64,000 nt of DNA from the human T2T-CHM13v2.0 reference genome, Homo sapiens (GCF_009914755.1 NC_060939.1); one strand, 5' to 3'; positions 14,610 through 29,172 are shown, numbered from the stretch's first letter. The notes: generated from the sequence alone by a model not told the origin. Translations and numbers: made by a program.

Positions 14610-15477
14610 AAATCTCTTAGCAGATCCTATTGGCTCTTCCTTCCTTCAAAATATACTCTGCATCTGACAACTTCTAACCATCTCTGCTACCTGAATTTAA
14701 GTCATCATCCTCTGTTGCCTGGATTGAGTCACTGATCCCTTCCCAGTCTCTCTGCTTCCACACTTGCCTCTCTATAGTTGATTCTCAAATTGCAACTGTA
14801 ATGATCCTTTAAAAATGTAAGTCTGATTATGCCCCTTCTCTACCTAAAACCTTCAGAAAAATTCCCATCTTCCTCCAAGTAAACACTACAGTCCTTTCAA
14901 GGGCCCACATCTCCTATAGCTCTTCCTGCTCCTGCTCACTCCAGGCACACTCCCACCTCAGGGCCTTTGCACTTGTTCATTCCTCTGCCTCTGCCTGGGT
15001 AGTTCTTTCTCACAGATGTCGACGTATATCCCTATGTTGACATAGTTTTGTCTACATATGTACTAATAGATCTCCACATATATACATGTCTACATGTAGA
15101 TTTTATGAATATACGTATCTACATATAAACACATCTATATATGTAAACCTACACACATATGTCTACATATACCCCTCAATTCCCAGGTCTTTGCTGAAAC
15201 ATCACTTTCTGCATATTTCTGATAACACTATGTAAAACTACAGTCATGTTCCTCTGTTCCTTTACCTCCTTCCCTGCCTTATTTTTCTCCATAGCAGTGA
15301 TTGCCATCTGACATACTGTGTATTTTGCTTATTTGTTTGTTGTGTTGATCCCTAGTTTGAATATTATCAGTAACTTTAAGGTGGCAGAGATGTTTGCCTG
15401 TTTTCTCCATTATATCCCTGGTATTTGTAACAGTGCCTGGCACAACCCAGTTACTCAGTAAATAATGAATGAATGAA
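14610..15477 (+). mobile_element. L2 3' fragment with TA/CATA-rich low-complexity insert (~15015-15172)
   Basis: Ends CAGTGCCTGGCACA...AATAATGAATGAATGAA, the L2 terminus. Confidence 0.75.
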
Positions 15478-15674
15478 GCGACTATTGTTTGATGCTCTGT
15501 TGGCCTCAAAATCTGCCTCCATCCCTCCTCATTGCTGGGTTCAGTTTATTAATATTTTATTTAGGATTTGGGGAGCTGTGTTTCTTACTGTGACTGGCTT
15601 ATTGATTGAACATATTTTGTTTTGTTTTTTTTTCCTCATTTCCCCTCAACTGTTTAGGAAGTTATACATCTTAT

Positions 15675-15838
15675 TTTTGTTTTTGTTTTTGAGACAGAGT
15701 CTCACTCTGTTGCACAAACTGGAGTGCAGTGATGTGATGTTAGCCCACTGCAGCCTCGACCTCCCAGGCCCAAGTAATCCTCCCACCTCAGCCTTCTGAG
15801 TAGCTGGGACTATAGGCACATGCCACCATGCCCAGCTA
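15675..15838 (-). mobile_element. Alu monomer (FRAM/AluJ right arm)
   Basis: Single reverse arm with T-rich tail. Confidence 0.8.
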
Positions 15839-16334
15839 ATTATAAATCTTATTTTTATTCCTTTGATAGTTACCTTTAATACATTAACATGTATTATATA
15901 CTTAAAATACAAAAGTAACCATTTTTCTACTCTCATTCAGAATAACACAAGGACCCTGATATCAGGCCCTCCCACTTCACATGTTCTGGTTGCTGGTAAC
16001 GTTGGTTCTACCTTGTAGATTGCTGATGTGACTCACATCCAAGGAGTGTCCTAGAAATATTATAACGTAGACACATTCCTTGACTCTTCCTCTCCTTTCT
16101 GCATTCTTGCATACTTTCTCCACCTGAGTAGAGTTTCATCTGAATATGTACAATCTGGTTTTAATGCCTGTAAACACTTTGCTATCAATACCTACTGTCT
16201 ATCACTTAGTGTCTTGAAAAAATCTTACTAGCCTAGTCACAATAACCAGTATGACTTACAGTGTTACACCACCCAGGAGTATTTACATTTCACACATATC
16301 ATAAATGAGGAAGCTTTAATAGAATACTTATTTA

Positions 16335-16640
<306 letters not shown>

Positions 16641-17105
16641 TCATGAAAAACTGATTTGACCTTCTCAAATTATTTTTCCCCTTTACTATTCTTACCCTTC
16701 ACTGCTTTTCTCAGTAATATTCTTTCTGACATTTGCCAGCATTCAAAATATTCTCTATTATCTCTGCATTTGTAATACAATATGAAACCAATATATCTTG
16801 CCTTCTTAATTAATGTTGATATGAATTGTGTCAAACCTGCAAATATTTAATTCCAAACAGCTGAGCAGCAGCAGATGCTTCATTTTTGTACAATAATGTT
16901 TAAATATCTAATGTCCTAATTTTTTAAAACATTGCTTAAATATTTTGAGAAAACTGACACAATCTTAAAACTGCCTAAGCTAATTAAAAATGACACAGTG
17001 CTTAAAACTACCTAAGTTAATGATTAAAATTTAGTATTATTTTACTTATACTTTTTCATGTAGCATAAGCTATCTATTGATCATGTAAAGAGCACCCTAA
17101 TATGT

Positions 17106-17429
17106 ATTTATTTGTTTCTTGCTTTGTTTTTTGAGAATGGGTCTTGCTATGTTGCTCAGGCTGGATTGCAGGGGCTATTTATTCACAGGCGTAATCCCAC
17201 TACTGATCAGCACAGGAGTTTTGACTTGCTTCATTTCTGACTTTGACTGGTTCACCCCTCCTTAGACAACCTGGTGATTTCCCTATACCCGGGAGGTCAC
17301 CATATGATACCAAACTTAGTGTAGACCTCCGGTTGGTATAGCCTCCTATAGCCTGGAACTCCTGGGCTCAGGTGATTCACCTCAGCTTCCAAGTAGCTGT
17401 GACTATAGGTGCATGCCACTGCACCCAGC
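17106..17429 (-). pseudogene. 7SL RNA (RN7SL) retropseudogene, near full length
   Basis: Reverse complement contains the 7SL S-domain absent from Alu (CACTAAGTTTGGTATCATATGGTGACCTCCCGGG...AAGGAGGGGTGAACC...CTGATCAGTAGTGGGAT) plus an A-rich tail. Confidence 0.9.
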
Positions 17430-17957
17430 AAGCTTCCTAATATTAATCTAGAATAGTTCATTTGATATTTTTCAGATTTTTTCATCCTTGTATTGTTTCC
17501 ATATTTTCTCCATTATGAATCAGTAGCTCTGTGTGGTTAACTTTTTGTTCTGTATTGAATTATTCCCCTTGAACATGTTTTTGAAAGTGAGATTGTGAGA
17601 ATAAAAAAGTTCTGAATGGTTTTATGACTTTTGGGGCGACCACATTGATGCCCAGTTCCAGGAGGCACCCTTCATATAGGATGCAGCATAAATGGTGCTC
17701 CCTGGAATTCTGCAACAGAGCTGCCTTGTTGCTCCTGTGTCTGCTTTTCTCAGTGCCAGAAAAGTCTCATCATTTACTGTTAACGATGCCTATCTCCCCA
17801 TACACTTCAAAACAGTTCAGTTTTAGCATTTTGTTTACTTTTGCCAAATTATAAAGTATATAGAAGTATGCAAGATTTTAATTTGCATTATTTAATTAGT
17901 AAGTATTGGAATGTCTTTTGGTTTACTTTTTTATGTTTTGAGCTGTTAAGACCCTTT

Positions 17958-18068
17958 AACAAATGTCTGCACATGACAGCACAAACATTGTGAGTATTGA
18001 TTTTGGGATTACAAATAAATCTGCCAGATTCTCAAATACAGAATTCATAAGTAACGAGGCTCAACTGT
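17958..18068 (+). mobile_element. MER82 3' fragment
   Basis: Matches the 6484-6559 segment (GAGTATT...TTACAAATA...CAAATACAGAAT...). Confidence 0.6.
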
Positions 18069-18983
18069 GCCTCATTGGAGTAAAAAATATTTTTGTAAGC
18101 CTAACACAAAAAATATAAAACAAAAAGATTAGTTATTCTCTAAGCTCCTGTGGCCTTCTCTGCGTATTTGTGCCTGTGCTCCTTATTTTGCTTTTTCTTC
18201 CTGTTGCTGTGGGTGAACCATCCTTGCTCCTAGTCAAGGGAACCACTCCATTCAGGATCCGGATTCCATCCCTTCACCTGCAGTAGCATGTTTCAGCAAA
18301 TCCTACCTTTATTTCTTGCATTATTAGATTTTCCCTGTCTACTGGGTATTTTCTTCCATCAGCACACAAAATACGATTAATGTCTCTCAAGAAACAACCA
18401 CACAACAAAAAAGTGTCCTCACTTCAGTCTCCTCACTTTGCACTTCTCCTTTACAGTGAAACAAAAATAAAAAACAAAAACAAAAAATGAAAAAACCCAA
18501 AACAAAACAGTCTACGCTTGTCTCCAAATGCTTTCATCTTCTTTCTTTCCAAATCTCTTTTTAAGCTAATTGTGAATTTATTTCAAATGGTAAATATTTA
18601 TGGAACAAACTTTTTTTTAGAATTTTAATTTTTTTAAAATGTGGGGTAATAGTGAAATAAGATTTAACAAAAACGTGTATTGTTGCTGAAGCTGCCTGTA
18701 TTCTTTTTATTTTTATATGTATTTGAAAGTTTTCCACAATACAGTGTTACAGGAGTATGCTTTGAAGTCTCTCTAACACTCTTGCCCCATTCACCTCATC
18801 TCCCCTGTCTTCTACATGGAATCACTTTAGTTTCTTATGTATCCTTTCAGTGCAGATACAAGTAAAAATGAATGTGCCTTGTTTTCCTTCCTATTTGACA
18901 CACGAGGCCTCACTCCACATGCAGGCTTCTGCAATTTGCTTTCATCATGTTACAATGTATGTTAATATGCTACATTGTTTGAG

Positions 18984-19009
18984 GTGTGTGTGTGTGTGTG
19001 TGTGTGTGT
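18984..19009. repeat. (TG)n microsatellite
   Basis: Pure TG run. Confidence 0.95.
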
Positions 19010-19050
19010 ATAGTACAAAGGGTCATGCACAATGTTTCTTTGCTTTTCAC

Positions 19051-19846
<796 letters not shown>

Positions 19847-20414
19847 ATGTTGAATCATCTTTTAGTCCGGAGTCTACCTTGGATGAACATCTAGAACTTT
19901 GCTTCTTTGCCCTCTGGCCTCCTCTTCCTCCACCAGGAACCCTGGTTTTTTCCCTCTCAGGCTTCTCCCTCAGGCCCAGGCATTGTCCTGGAATGCTGGA
20001 GTTTGATCTCTGAAGTCCCTGGTGCCCCTGCAGCAGCAGTGGCCACTGTGGTAGAGCTTTTGCATCTCAGGAAGGTTTCATTTCTGCAGGTCCTCAGGAG
20101 TGAAGCTTCTGTGAGATGAAGCTTTCCTTTGCTGAGAGTGACCACTTCTCACAGCAATCTTTGGTGCAAAGTCTCACCAAGGAATTCTTTCCATTTGAAG
20201 GGCAGTGGGGACAGGGAGGGGTGAAAAGGAAATGAGGATATAAAGAACACAGGAGGACAGAGAGTCAAATCCAGCCGCCCATTTTAACCTTTGAAATGTT
20301 TGGATCAATTTTTGCATTCTATCATTAACTTCTGTTTATAGGGAATTTTATAAACATGTAATTGTTTTGTAACTAAAAGGCTACTTTTTCACTAAAACCA
20401 GAGTCTGGAATTAC

Positions 20415-20712
20415 TTTTTTCTTTTCTTTTTTTTTGAGACAGGGTCTCACTCTGTCGCCCAGGCTGGAGTGCAGTGGTGTGATCACGCTTCATTCAGCCT
20501 CAACTTCTTAGGCACAGGTCACCCTCCCACCTCAGTCTCCCAGGTAGCTGGGACTACAAGCATGCACCACGACACCTGGCTAATTTTTGTATTTTTTGTA
20601 GAGATGGGGTTTCGCCATGTTGCCCAGGATGGTCTCCAATTCCTGGGTTCAAGCAATCCTCCTGCCTTGGCCTCCCAAATGATGGAATTACAGGCATGAA
20701 CCAGTGCACCTG
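20415..20712 (-). mobile_element. Alu (AluJ)
   Basis: Reverse dimeric Alu. Confidence 0.9.
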
Positions 20713-21295
20713 AACACTTTTTTTTTTTTGTAAATGGTTTGCTATTTTCTGTAGGAGTTTCTATTGGTATTTTAATTGCACTACCTTAAATCTATGACTA
20801 AATTTGAAAAGATGCCATCTTTCTCACTATGTTAATTGTTTTCAACCCGAATGTGATACGTTACTGCTTCTGCTCAACTCTGTCTTTACTGTAATATTGT
20901 TTTATTATATCTAGTTGGCACTTTGTTAGGTTAATTGTATAAATGCCTTAGCATCTTAGCATGGCTAACATATACTGGATTGTTTAAAATAAATTTGATA
21001 AGCAAAGGAAAAAAATGAGAATCAGAATAATGTATGGATAGAAAGCTTGGAAAGCATCAAGAGAGTTTGAGTAATGATGCTAACAATCCTGACCAGCTTT
21101 ACTGGGTTGAAGATTCCCATGTCCTCAGAGAACACCATTCTGTTAATAGATGACTGGCATGAACAGGCTCCATTAGGACCCCTTATCTTGTGGTCACGTA
21201 TCTTGGTGCACATGTAACTTGTTTCACTGGCCTAAGACTATCTCTCCTCTAGGCTCAATTATTTTGTGTTTCAAACCTACTTAGGTTAGGGCTTG

Positions 21296-21592
<297 letters not shown>

Positions 21593-21625
21593 CATCCATA
21601 GAAATTTAAAAATACCTACTTAGAT

Positions 21626-21783
21626 TAGGGCTGCCACATAAAATATAGAACAGTTAAATTTGAATTTCAGATAAATAGTATATTTTAATAATAAGTATTT
21701 TCAAGTATTACATATTTGAAGTTTATCTGAAATTCAGAGTAAACTAGAGATCTCCAATAATTTTCCTAAATTTGCCAACCCTA
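21626..21783. mobile_element. MER53 palindromic hAT MITE
   Basis: TAGGGCTGCCA...TGCCAACCCTA termini; internal inverted repeat GAATTTCAGATAAA/TTTATCTGAAATTC. Confidence 0.8.
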
Positions 21784-22300
21784 CCCTAGGTACTACCATT
21801 CAGTTTTATTTTCTGGTCTGAGGGTTACACCTACTTGAGAATTAATGTGCTGGTCAGTGAAGAACATTTTGTGGCTGGTCAAGTAATAAAAATTGTATCT
21901 TTGAAGCATTCAGTGGCTTTCAGTCTGCACCTTCTTGGATGTGACAGATCAGCAAAGAGACACGAGTCCCATCTTCACATCAATGGTACAAACATATTGA
22001 ACTGATTGCCCCCATTCTGCTATACTAAGCAGCCTGGTTTCTAGTAGTATCTCTGCCTAAGAACTCATCCTTTCCTGTTTCCATCTGATTTTCTCAGTAG
22101 CTGTCCCTCACCAGTGCTCTCCTGGTTTGTGTGAGACCTCAGAGCTCTGGTTTGTGTGAGACCTCAGACCAGCTTACTGTCTGTGGCTTTCTGCCATCCT
22201 CCCCGACTGCTGGGCTCTCTTACACTCCTTCCAGCCAAAGTCTTGTTCTCATTTGCCCCTGTGATCTTTAAGAGCTCTGTTCCTCCCCCAAATTTGACTA

Positions 22301-22855
22301 TGAGAAAGAGATAAGAAGCCCCTGACACTCAGGAGCTGCCCTGGCACCCACAGTCAGGCCTAGGCATTTTCCTGCTGAACATAAATCATTTCACAGAACA
22401 CCAGTAAGGCCATCCGAGAACCAGGATGAATCAAGAGAGAAACGAGACCACTTTGTGATCAGGTTTGAACATGGACAAAACATGGATGTTTTCCTAGCCA
22501 CAAAAATGACCAAACAAGCCCCTAACCTGGCTAATATGAGTGCCTACTGCTGCTTTACCAATGATCAATTTAGATTTACTCTAGTCTTCCCTCCTTCTAG
22601 ATGAGATTCATTAAGATGCCCAATCATGGAATTACCTCTGTCTCCTGACAGCCTCCAGTCCAGAGCAAACTCCTACTCCCCTAAACTCTACAATTGCCTA
22701 GCAAGAGCCCAAATCCTATAGAAAGTCTTTTAAACACCCCATGGTGACAGAGGCATACCCCAGGGTGTATGGTCTCCCCTGTTGCTTGGAGCACTAAACC
22801 CAATTGTTCAGCTGCAGGGGTGTTCCTGGGGGTCCTTGGCTGCAGAGCGTTGACA
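22301..22855 (+). mobile_element. ERV1-class solo LTR, subfamily unassigned
   Basis: TG...GACA termini and LTR-like TATA/U5 layout. Confidence 0.5.
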
Positions 22856-22891
22856 ACACCCAGCAACCCATGATTCAGCCTCCATAGTTGT

Positions 22892-23362
22892 TGTGCCAAA
22901 CCCCTATTAACCTCAGTAGGGAAGGCACCAGGTTCCAGAGACCAAAGAAGAGACCCAGAACCAGCATGGGGTTTCTATTAGGGGCTTCCATACAGGGGAA
23001 AGAGCCCGGTGGTGGTGGGATAGTCCAGATAACTGCACAGCCCAGTGGCAGCAGGCTGAGCAGGAAAATCACAACTGCCTGCAAACACCATGCAGTTTAC
23101 ATAGCATTTTCATTTAATACCCTCCCCTTAACAATCTCCACCTGGCAATCTTCATTTAACCCAAAACTTAGGGCCTTAATCCACTGCATGGCCTGTGCTC
23201 CTTGGGATGGGATGGAGGCCTAGATGTTCCTCCTAGACAATGAATGAATCTCTGGGTTGGCCACTCCTGGATTCCCTAGCTAGGAGCACACAGGCAGGTG
23301 TATGTGCCATGCAGGGTCGGTCTCAGGGTATGCTCAAGTTATTGCTGTCGGGTGTGTTTACC
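22892..23362 (-). mobile_element. LTR47-like solo LTR
   Basis: Reverse complement of the 30057-30543 element (AAGAAGAGACCCAGA.CCAGC; CTCAGGGTATGC). Confidence 0.75.
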
Positions 23363-24759
23363 CTAAAATAGTATTCAAAGCCACTCCCAGGATTGAGCAA
23401 ATGCTGAAGGCATTTTGTGAAGATGTAGGCTGTGTGGTGGTCCCCGCAGTTACCTTAGCTCCTGCTCCTGCCTCACCAGTAGGGGTTTATAGCTGGCTTA
23501 GAGGTGAGCTGCATGTCTGCCCACCTATCAGAGGTCAGCATGGAAGATGGCATCACCATCCCTCTCACCCAGCACCACCTGGCTACTGGGGGCTGCTCCC
23601 CACTCTCAACACTGCTGGTTTCACTATGATTGGGTGGGGCAAATAATTCTAGAAGAACTAAGTGCACTGTGGGCATTAACCATGTCATTTAAGAACAGTG
23701 GTTTTATACCTCTGTCCTCATACTCTAGAGTAACAGACTTTTCCTTGGTGGAAGCATCCACTTCTCTATCAGTGATCAAGTAAGAGTAAGAAGATGATTA
23801 GGCTCAGTATACCATCAACTCAAAGTGGGCACAGGAGCATCTATATTATTAAAGTTCAGGAGGGAGGAGTCCATGTCTAGGTTATAAAACTGAAATGGAC
23901 AGCTTCAAATACCCACCAAAGTCCAGAATTTCACCATGGAGATATGATAGTCTTTAAAAAGAGGAGATGCCAGACTGTCCTGAGAATCAGTTCTGATTAA
24001 TATATCTATGAGGCGACTCCTCTCTCTGGCTCCAAACATACACCTACCAGAAATCATCACCCTACACCTAGCAGTACTGGTTGGATTTCATTTTTAAAAA
24101 ATTACTGTTGGCTGCTGTCTTGTACCTCCCCTATCTGAGAACTTGAGCCCTCAGCCTGTGTTGGGGGATGTGCTCGCATGGCTTCTCCTCAGTACACCAA
24201 CACGGGTCTGTCTGTCTGGAAACAGCTTCCAGCTGGTTTGTTGCTGGCAGCAGTGTCCAGCTGCCCTGATCTAGAGAAGCCGCTCTCCTATCCATGGTTT
24301 TGTCCCCGTGGCCCTTGCCCTTGTCTACACAGACCTGGCTCACCTGCTTTCTTGGCAGGACCTACCCAGTAGTCACCCACAGGATAGTACTCACCTTTTC
24401 TCTCTATTTTCTGTGTACCAGCCTCTCCTTTGCTCTCATCTTCTTTCCTACCCAGTTTAGGTTTTCTCCCCCTTTGCCATATCTTTTCCTCACCTCACTA
24501 TTGTTTCATCTGAATTTTCTAGTGTTAGTAACATTCACCTTTGGATGGGAAAATAATCAAGTCACGACATTACTCAGAATTAAACTAGATATCTCTAAGT
24601 TTTCTTTCAACACTATAATTTCATGATTCTTTGGAGCTACTGTTCTCCCCAACTTCTACCTGCTAAATAAATAATCCAGTTAGAACTTTCACTTTAGTCT
24701 GTACTTGACTCTATTTAGAGTTAATTTAGGAGACAGAATAATGGCTCATAAGTTTCTCA

Positions 24760-25370
24760 ACCTCACTAATAAGCAAAGAAATTCAAATGAAAGAGGATTG
24801 TTTTCAATCCACCAAACTGACAAAAATGAAAAATATCAATTCCCAGGGTAGGAAAGTTGGTTGGCTGGTACTTTGGGATATATCATTCTGGAAAAGAATC
24901 TGGTAACATGTATTAATATTTTAAATATGCATATTCCACATTTGGGAATTTATCCTAAGGCCAAATAAGCAAAGATGTATATAAAATAATGTTAATTGCA
25001 GCACTGCATGTAGTAGAAAAATTCAAAACCACTTAAGTGTCCATCAGTAGGAGAGGGTTAATATGATACATGCATAATACTATGCAGATTAAAAAATAAT
25101 CAGATTGATAAGTGATTCTCAACCCTGACTGCACTTGTGAATCCAGAAACACTTAAAAAACTCGTAATTCCAGGATCCACCCTCAGAGGTTCTGATTATC
25201 TGTTTGAGAATGAGGCCCAGTATTTGCACTGTTTTAAAGTGCCCCAGGTAATTCTAATGTGCAGTCAAGTTTGAGAACCACTCAACCCTTAATATGCGAG
25301 ATGTTTCTATCAGCTCTAACAAGAAAGATGCCCATGATACACTGCAAGTGAAAAAATTAGGTTACTTAAT
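24760..25370 (+). mobile_element. Ancient L1ME fragment with MER5A insert (~25110-25283)
   Basis: L1 3' motifs; MER5-like ends GTGATTCTCAACC...TTTGAGAACCACT. Confidence 0.6.
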
Positions 25371-25385
25371 TTGTTGATTATGATT

Positions 25386-25811
25386 TGTTAAATTGAGCTA
25401 AAAATGGCCTGAGAAGGACTCTGTACTTCTATATTTGAGTCCTTGTGGACAAACTGTAATCTAACTTAATAGGTAGACAAGATTGAAAACCTAACTTAGG
25501 AGCATGTGCCTGTAACAAGAGCTGAGTCTTGGCCAATCCCAACAGCCATACTTCAACCACTCATACACTGCTGAGTGTTCAAACTGTGTTCACGTAAGGC
25601 AAATGTCGAGCTGTAACCAATCCAGCTGTTTCTGTACCTCACTTCCAATTTCTGTACATCACTTCCTGTTTTTTAATCTATAAATCTTCCACCACGTGGC
25701 TGTACTGGAAACTCTATGAATCTGCTGTGATTCTGGGGACTGCCTGATTCATGAATCATTTATTGCTCAAACTCCTTTAAATTTAATTTGCCTGAAGTTT
25801 TTATTTTATCA
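25386..25811 (+). mobile_element. MER57A-like solo LTR (ERV1)
   Basis: TGTTAAA...ATGGCCTGAGAAGGACTC start; CCAAT boxes, TATAAA near 25679; 4-bp TSD GATT. Confidence 0.85.
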
Positions 25812-26094
25812 GATTACATTTATTAACAAATTATACATGTGCATTAAAATATAAAAGTTTACACACAGTTATTTCTGAAGAGTGAATTACATATTTGCAG
25901 TCTGTTTTCAACCATTATCATATATTTCTCTTTTTTGAAAAAATGAAAAGGCTGTACAGGCTGAAAATGCAGAGAAAAAATGAAAACTGGCCTTCAGATG
26001 GCTTCTGAGTGCCAATAGGGACTTCCATCCTAAACCTGGTTTTATTTCTGTGGCTGACAACAGCAAAGTGTGTACTTAGAGATAATATGGTCAT

Positions 26095-26461
26095 TGTATT
26101 AGTTTGTTCTCACACTGCTAAAAAGAACTACTTGAGGCTGGGTAATTTACGAAGAAAAGAGAGTGACTTCACTCACCATTCCACAGGCTATACAGGAAGC
26201 ATGGCTAGGGAGGCCTCAGGAAACTTACAGTCATGGCGGAAGCAGGCACATCTTCACATGGTGGAAGAGAGAGAGAAAGTGCTAAGGTGGAAGTGCTACA
26301 CACTTTTAAACATCCAGATCTCGTGAGAACTCACTGACTGTCATGAGAACAGTAAGGGGGAAATCCACCTCCATGATCCAATCACCTCCCACCTTCCCCC
26401 AACACTGGGGATTACAATTCATCATGAGATTTTGGTGGTGACATAGAGCCAAACCATATCA
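26095..26461 (-). mobile_element. MST (MaLR) solo LTR
   Basis: TGTATTAG...CCATATCA termini, 5-bp TSD GTCAT. Confidence 0.88.
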
Positions 26462-26767
26462 GTCATCTTAGCTCAAGTCAAAAATACTGGCTTGGCTAAA
26501 TAATTCATTATGGTTCCGTTCACCATGAATTTATGTTCTGCAGAAAGAAATAATGAAATGGAATATGTGCATCATCTTGTATTTTAGAAACAAAATGTTT
26601 AGGCAATCATTTCTAAATTCATACATTAAAAAAGTGTGTGCATACTTGAAGAGTTAAACTTTGTAGAAAGTATCTCGTAGGTGAACTGGCTTCAGTGGGC
26701 TTTACTGAAAATCATGATTTAGAGTTTTACCACATAGTAGAGTTCACTAAAAAATATTACAGCTCTC

Positions 26768-26896
26768 CAGGCATGGTGGCTCATGCCTATAATTCCAGCA
26801 CTTTGGAGGCTGAGGCAGGAGGATTGCTTAAGAACAGGAGTTCAAGGCTGTAGTGAGCTGTAATCATGCCACTGCACTCCAGCCCTGTCTCAAAAA
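26768..26896 (+). mobile_element. Alu monomer (FLAM-like)
   Basis: Single arm. Confidence 0.75.
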
Positions 26897-26918
26897 GTAA
26901 TTACAACTCAATAAAACT

Positions 26919-26919
<1 letters not shown>

Positions 26920-26949
<30 letters not shown>
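26920..26949. repeat. (GT)n microsatellite
   Basis: Pure run. Confidence 0.95.
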
Positions 26950-26951
<2 letters not shown>

Positions 26952-27436
26952 CATTGATTGTAAGTCTGATATTTCTCTCTCCCTTCCTTCCTTGCTGTCT
27001 CCACCCTTGTAAACAAAACAAAACAAAAAAACTCCAACCAGTTTTCCCAGGGTCAGTCTACTGAAGAGCTGATTTCTACGTATTGCATAAACTATACTAT
27101 TCATGAATTTTAAAAAATAACTTAAACTCTCAGGTGATATCATCATTTTCTTTGTTATTTCTTTCTATTGCATACCACCTTCAGAATGATAAAGAGACTG
27201 AGGCTCTAGTCACAATTATATTCAGCTGTCAGGAATGATTAACTATCTTCCTTCTCCCCATGAAGTGCATGAGAATGCAACCATGCAAGTTAGGCTGATA
27301 ATGTCCCCCATCAGATGCTATGGCTCCTCTTGCCTCAGAAGAGAAAAACAGCATGGTTTTGTACTAGGTTATGGAATGAAGTCTGGGATGAATTTTCTGG
27401 TTTGTCTGGGGTCAGTCTTCTAGCAAGACTTACTTT

Positions 27437-27752
27437 AATTTTAAATTTTTTTAATTTAATTTTTTTTGAGACAGTCTCAGTCTGTTGGCCAGGCTGGAGT
27501 GCAGTGGCACTATCATGGCTCACTGCAGTCCTGACCTCCCAAGCTCAAGTGATCCTCCCACCTCAGCCTCCTGAATAGCCAGGACCACAGGCATGTGCCA
27601 CCACGCCTAGCTAATTTTTAAAAAAATCTCTTTGGTAGAGATAGGGTTTCACCATTTTGCCCAGTATGGTCTCGAACTCCTGGGCTCAGGCCATCCACCT
27701 GCCTCATTATCCCAAAGTGCTGGGATTACAGGCATGAGTCACCGTGCCTGGC
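27437..27752 (-). mobile_element. Alu (AluJ)
   Basis: 15-bp TSD AGCAAGACTTACTTT (27422-36, 27754-68). Confidence 0.93.
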
Positions 27753-28299
27753 GAGCAAGACTTACTTTGCTTCAAGTTTTGTTTCCAGAACATTTAGGTA
27801 CCAATTCTCAATATAGAATTCTAACTACAAAAGTCACAAGTTATAAGGCATTTTTGAAGCAGTCACTGTTCATGTCCATCTGTGTCTTTCTTTCCCTCCA
27901 CTAGCATGGATAATTTGGAGTTAACTGTAGAGCAAATACTTAGGAAATTAATCCCACATGATTTTCAGGTTCAAGGTGAGAAAAAAAGGAGAAAGTACAG
28001 TTCTTGTACCTTGACACACTTTATTCCATCTGCAGAAGTGGCTGCAGCTCACATGTGTGACTCACGTTGGAACAGCGGGCTCACATAATAGCATCACGTG
28101 CTGGCAAAGTGTTCAGATGACAAGCCAGTTACCTCATTCGGCTGATGCAATCCTGGAATTTCCTGAATTGAAATACAATTTAGGACCAGAAGGGAGAGAC
28201 CCTGGGCTGTTTGATTAGGGCATCACCTTTAGCTAATTCTAACCACCCCCACCTTTTTTTTCCCATTTGTCTATTTCCTTCTTTCCTTAGGTGTGAGGT

Positions 28300-28460
28300 A
28301 ATAATACTAATTGGTAACAGTTAAACTGTGCTGTGCACTCATCTAAGAGTTTTACTCTTAATTGTCAAACAATCCTAGGAGGCAGGCATCCCATTTTTTT
28401 CAGATAAGGCAACTGAGGTGCAAAAATCCCATGTCATTGCTTTAGGTCACACAGGAGAAA
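28300..28460 (-). mobile_element. MIR fragment
   Basis: CCCATTTTTTTCAGATAAGGCAACTGAGG core-like sequence; strand call uncertain. Confidence 0.6.
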
Positions 28461-28919
28461 ATGTAAGGCTCTTCTCTTTGAGATGTATACCTGAGGATCT
28501 TTGCTTTTAGTGATCAGATTGTGTGTAAGTTTTCCAGGGAGTCCCACTCGTGGAAAGCCCACGACTGCTGTGAGCTGTGACTGAAGATGTTGCCACCTCA
28601 GTGTGGTCAATGGCTCTGTCATCCAGTTTTAACCTCCATATCAGAACTTTCTTTAAATTATATGTAGAATTTTTTATTTTTCTACTATTGTTTCAGATTT
28701 TTCTTAGTATTTTAAGATGGTTTTTAGTGTTTTACCAGAAAAGGGTCACCACTTAAGATTCCCCTACCCCTGCTTTTTAGGATTTAAGGAGTGGGATATA
28801 GTTATTTATTATTTAGTGTGTTAAGATTATTTTCAGATAATAGCAAATGGTCAAGTCTTAATCATTTTTATACCCCATTATTTTGTTCTGGATATAATAC
28901 CAATATTTATATAAATAGA

Positions 28920-29172
28920 CCAAGGTAGAAGGATTGCTTGAGGCCAGGAGTTCAAGATCAGCTTAGGCAACGACATAGCAAGACCCCATCTCTACAAAAA
29001 ATTTAAAAAAATTAGCTGGGTGTGGTGATGCATGCCTATAGTCCCAGCTACTTGAGAGGCTGAGGTGGCAGGATCTCTTGAGCCAGGAGTTTGAGGCTGC
29101 AGTGAGCTATGATTGTACTACTGCACTCCATCCTGGGCAGCAGATCGAGACCCTTTCTTTAAAGAAAAAATA
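28920..29172 (+). mobile_element. 5'-truncated AluJ
   Basis: Alu body and A tail. Confidence 0.85.

Noticed and set aside
26544-28854. RhoGEF (DH) domain similarity of the pseudo-exon peptide
   Set aside because: It rests on two short motifs in alternative frames; motif order and spacing fit less well than the CXorf38-like reading.
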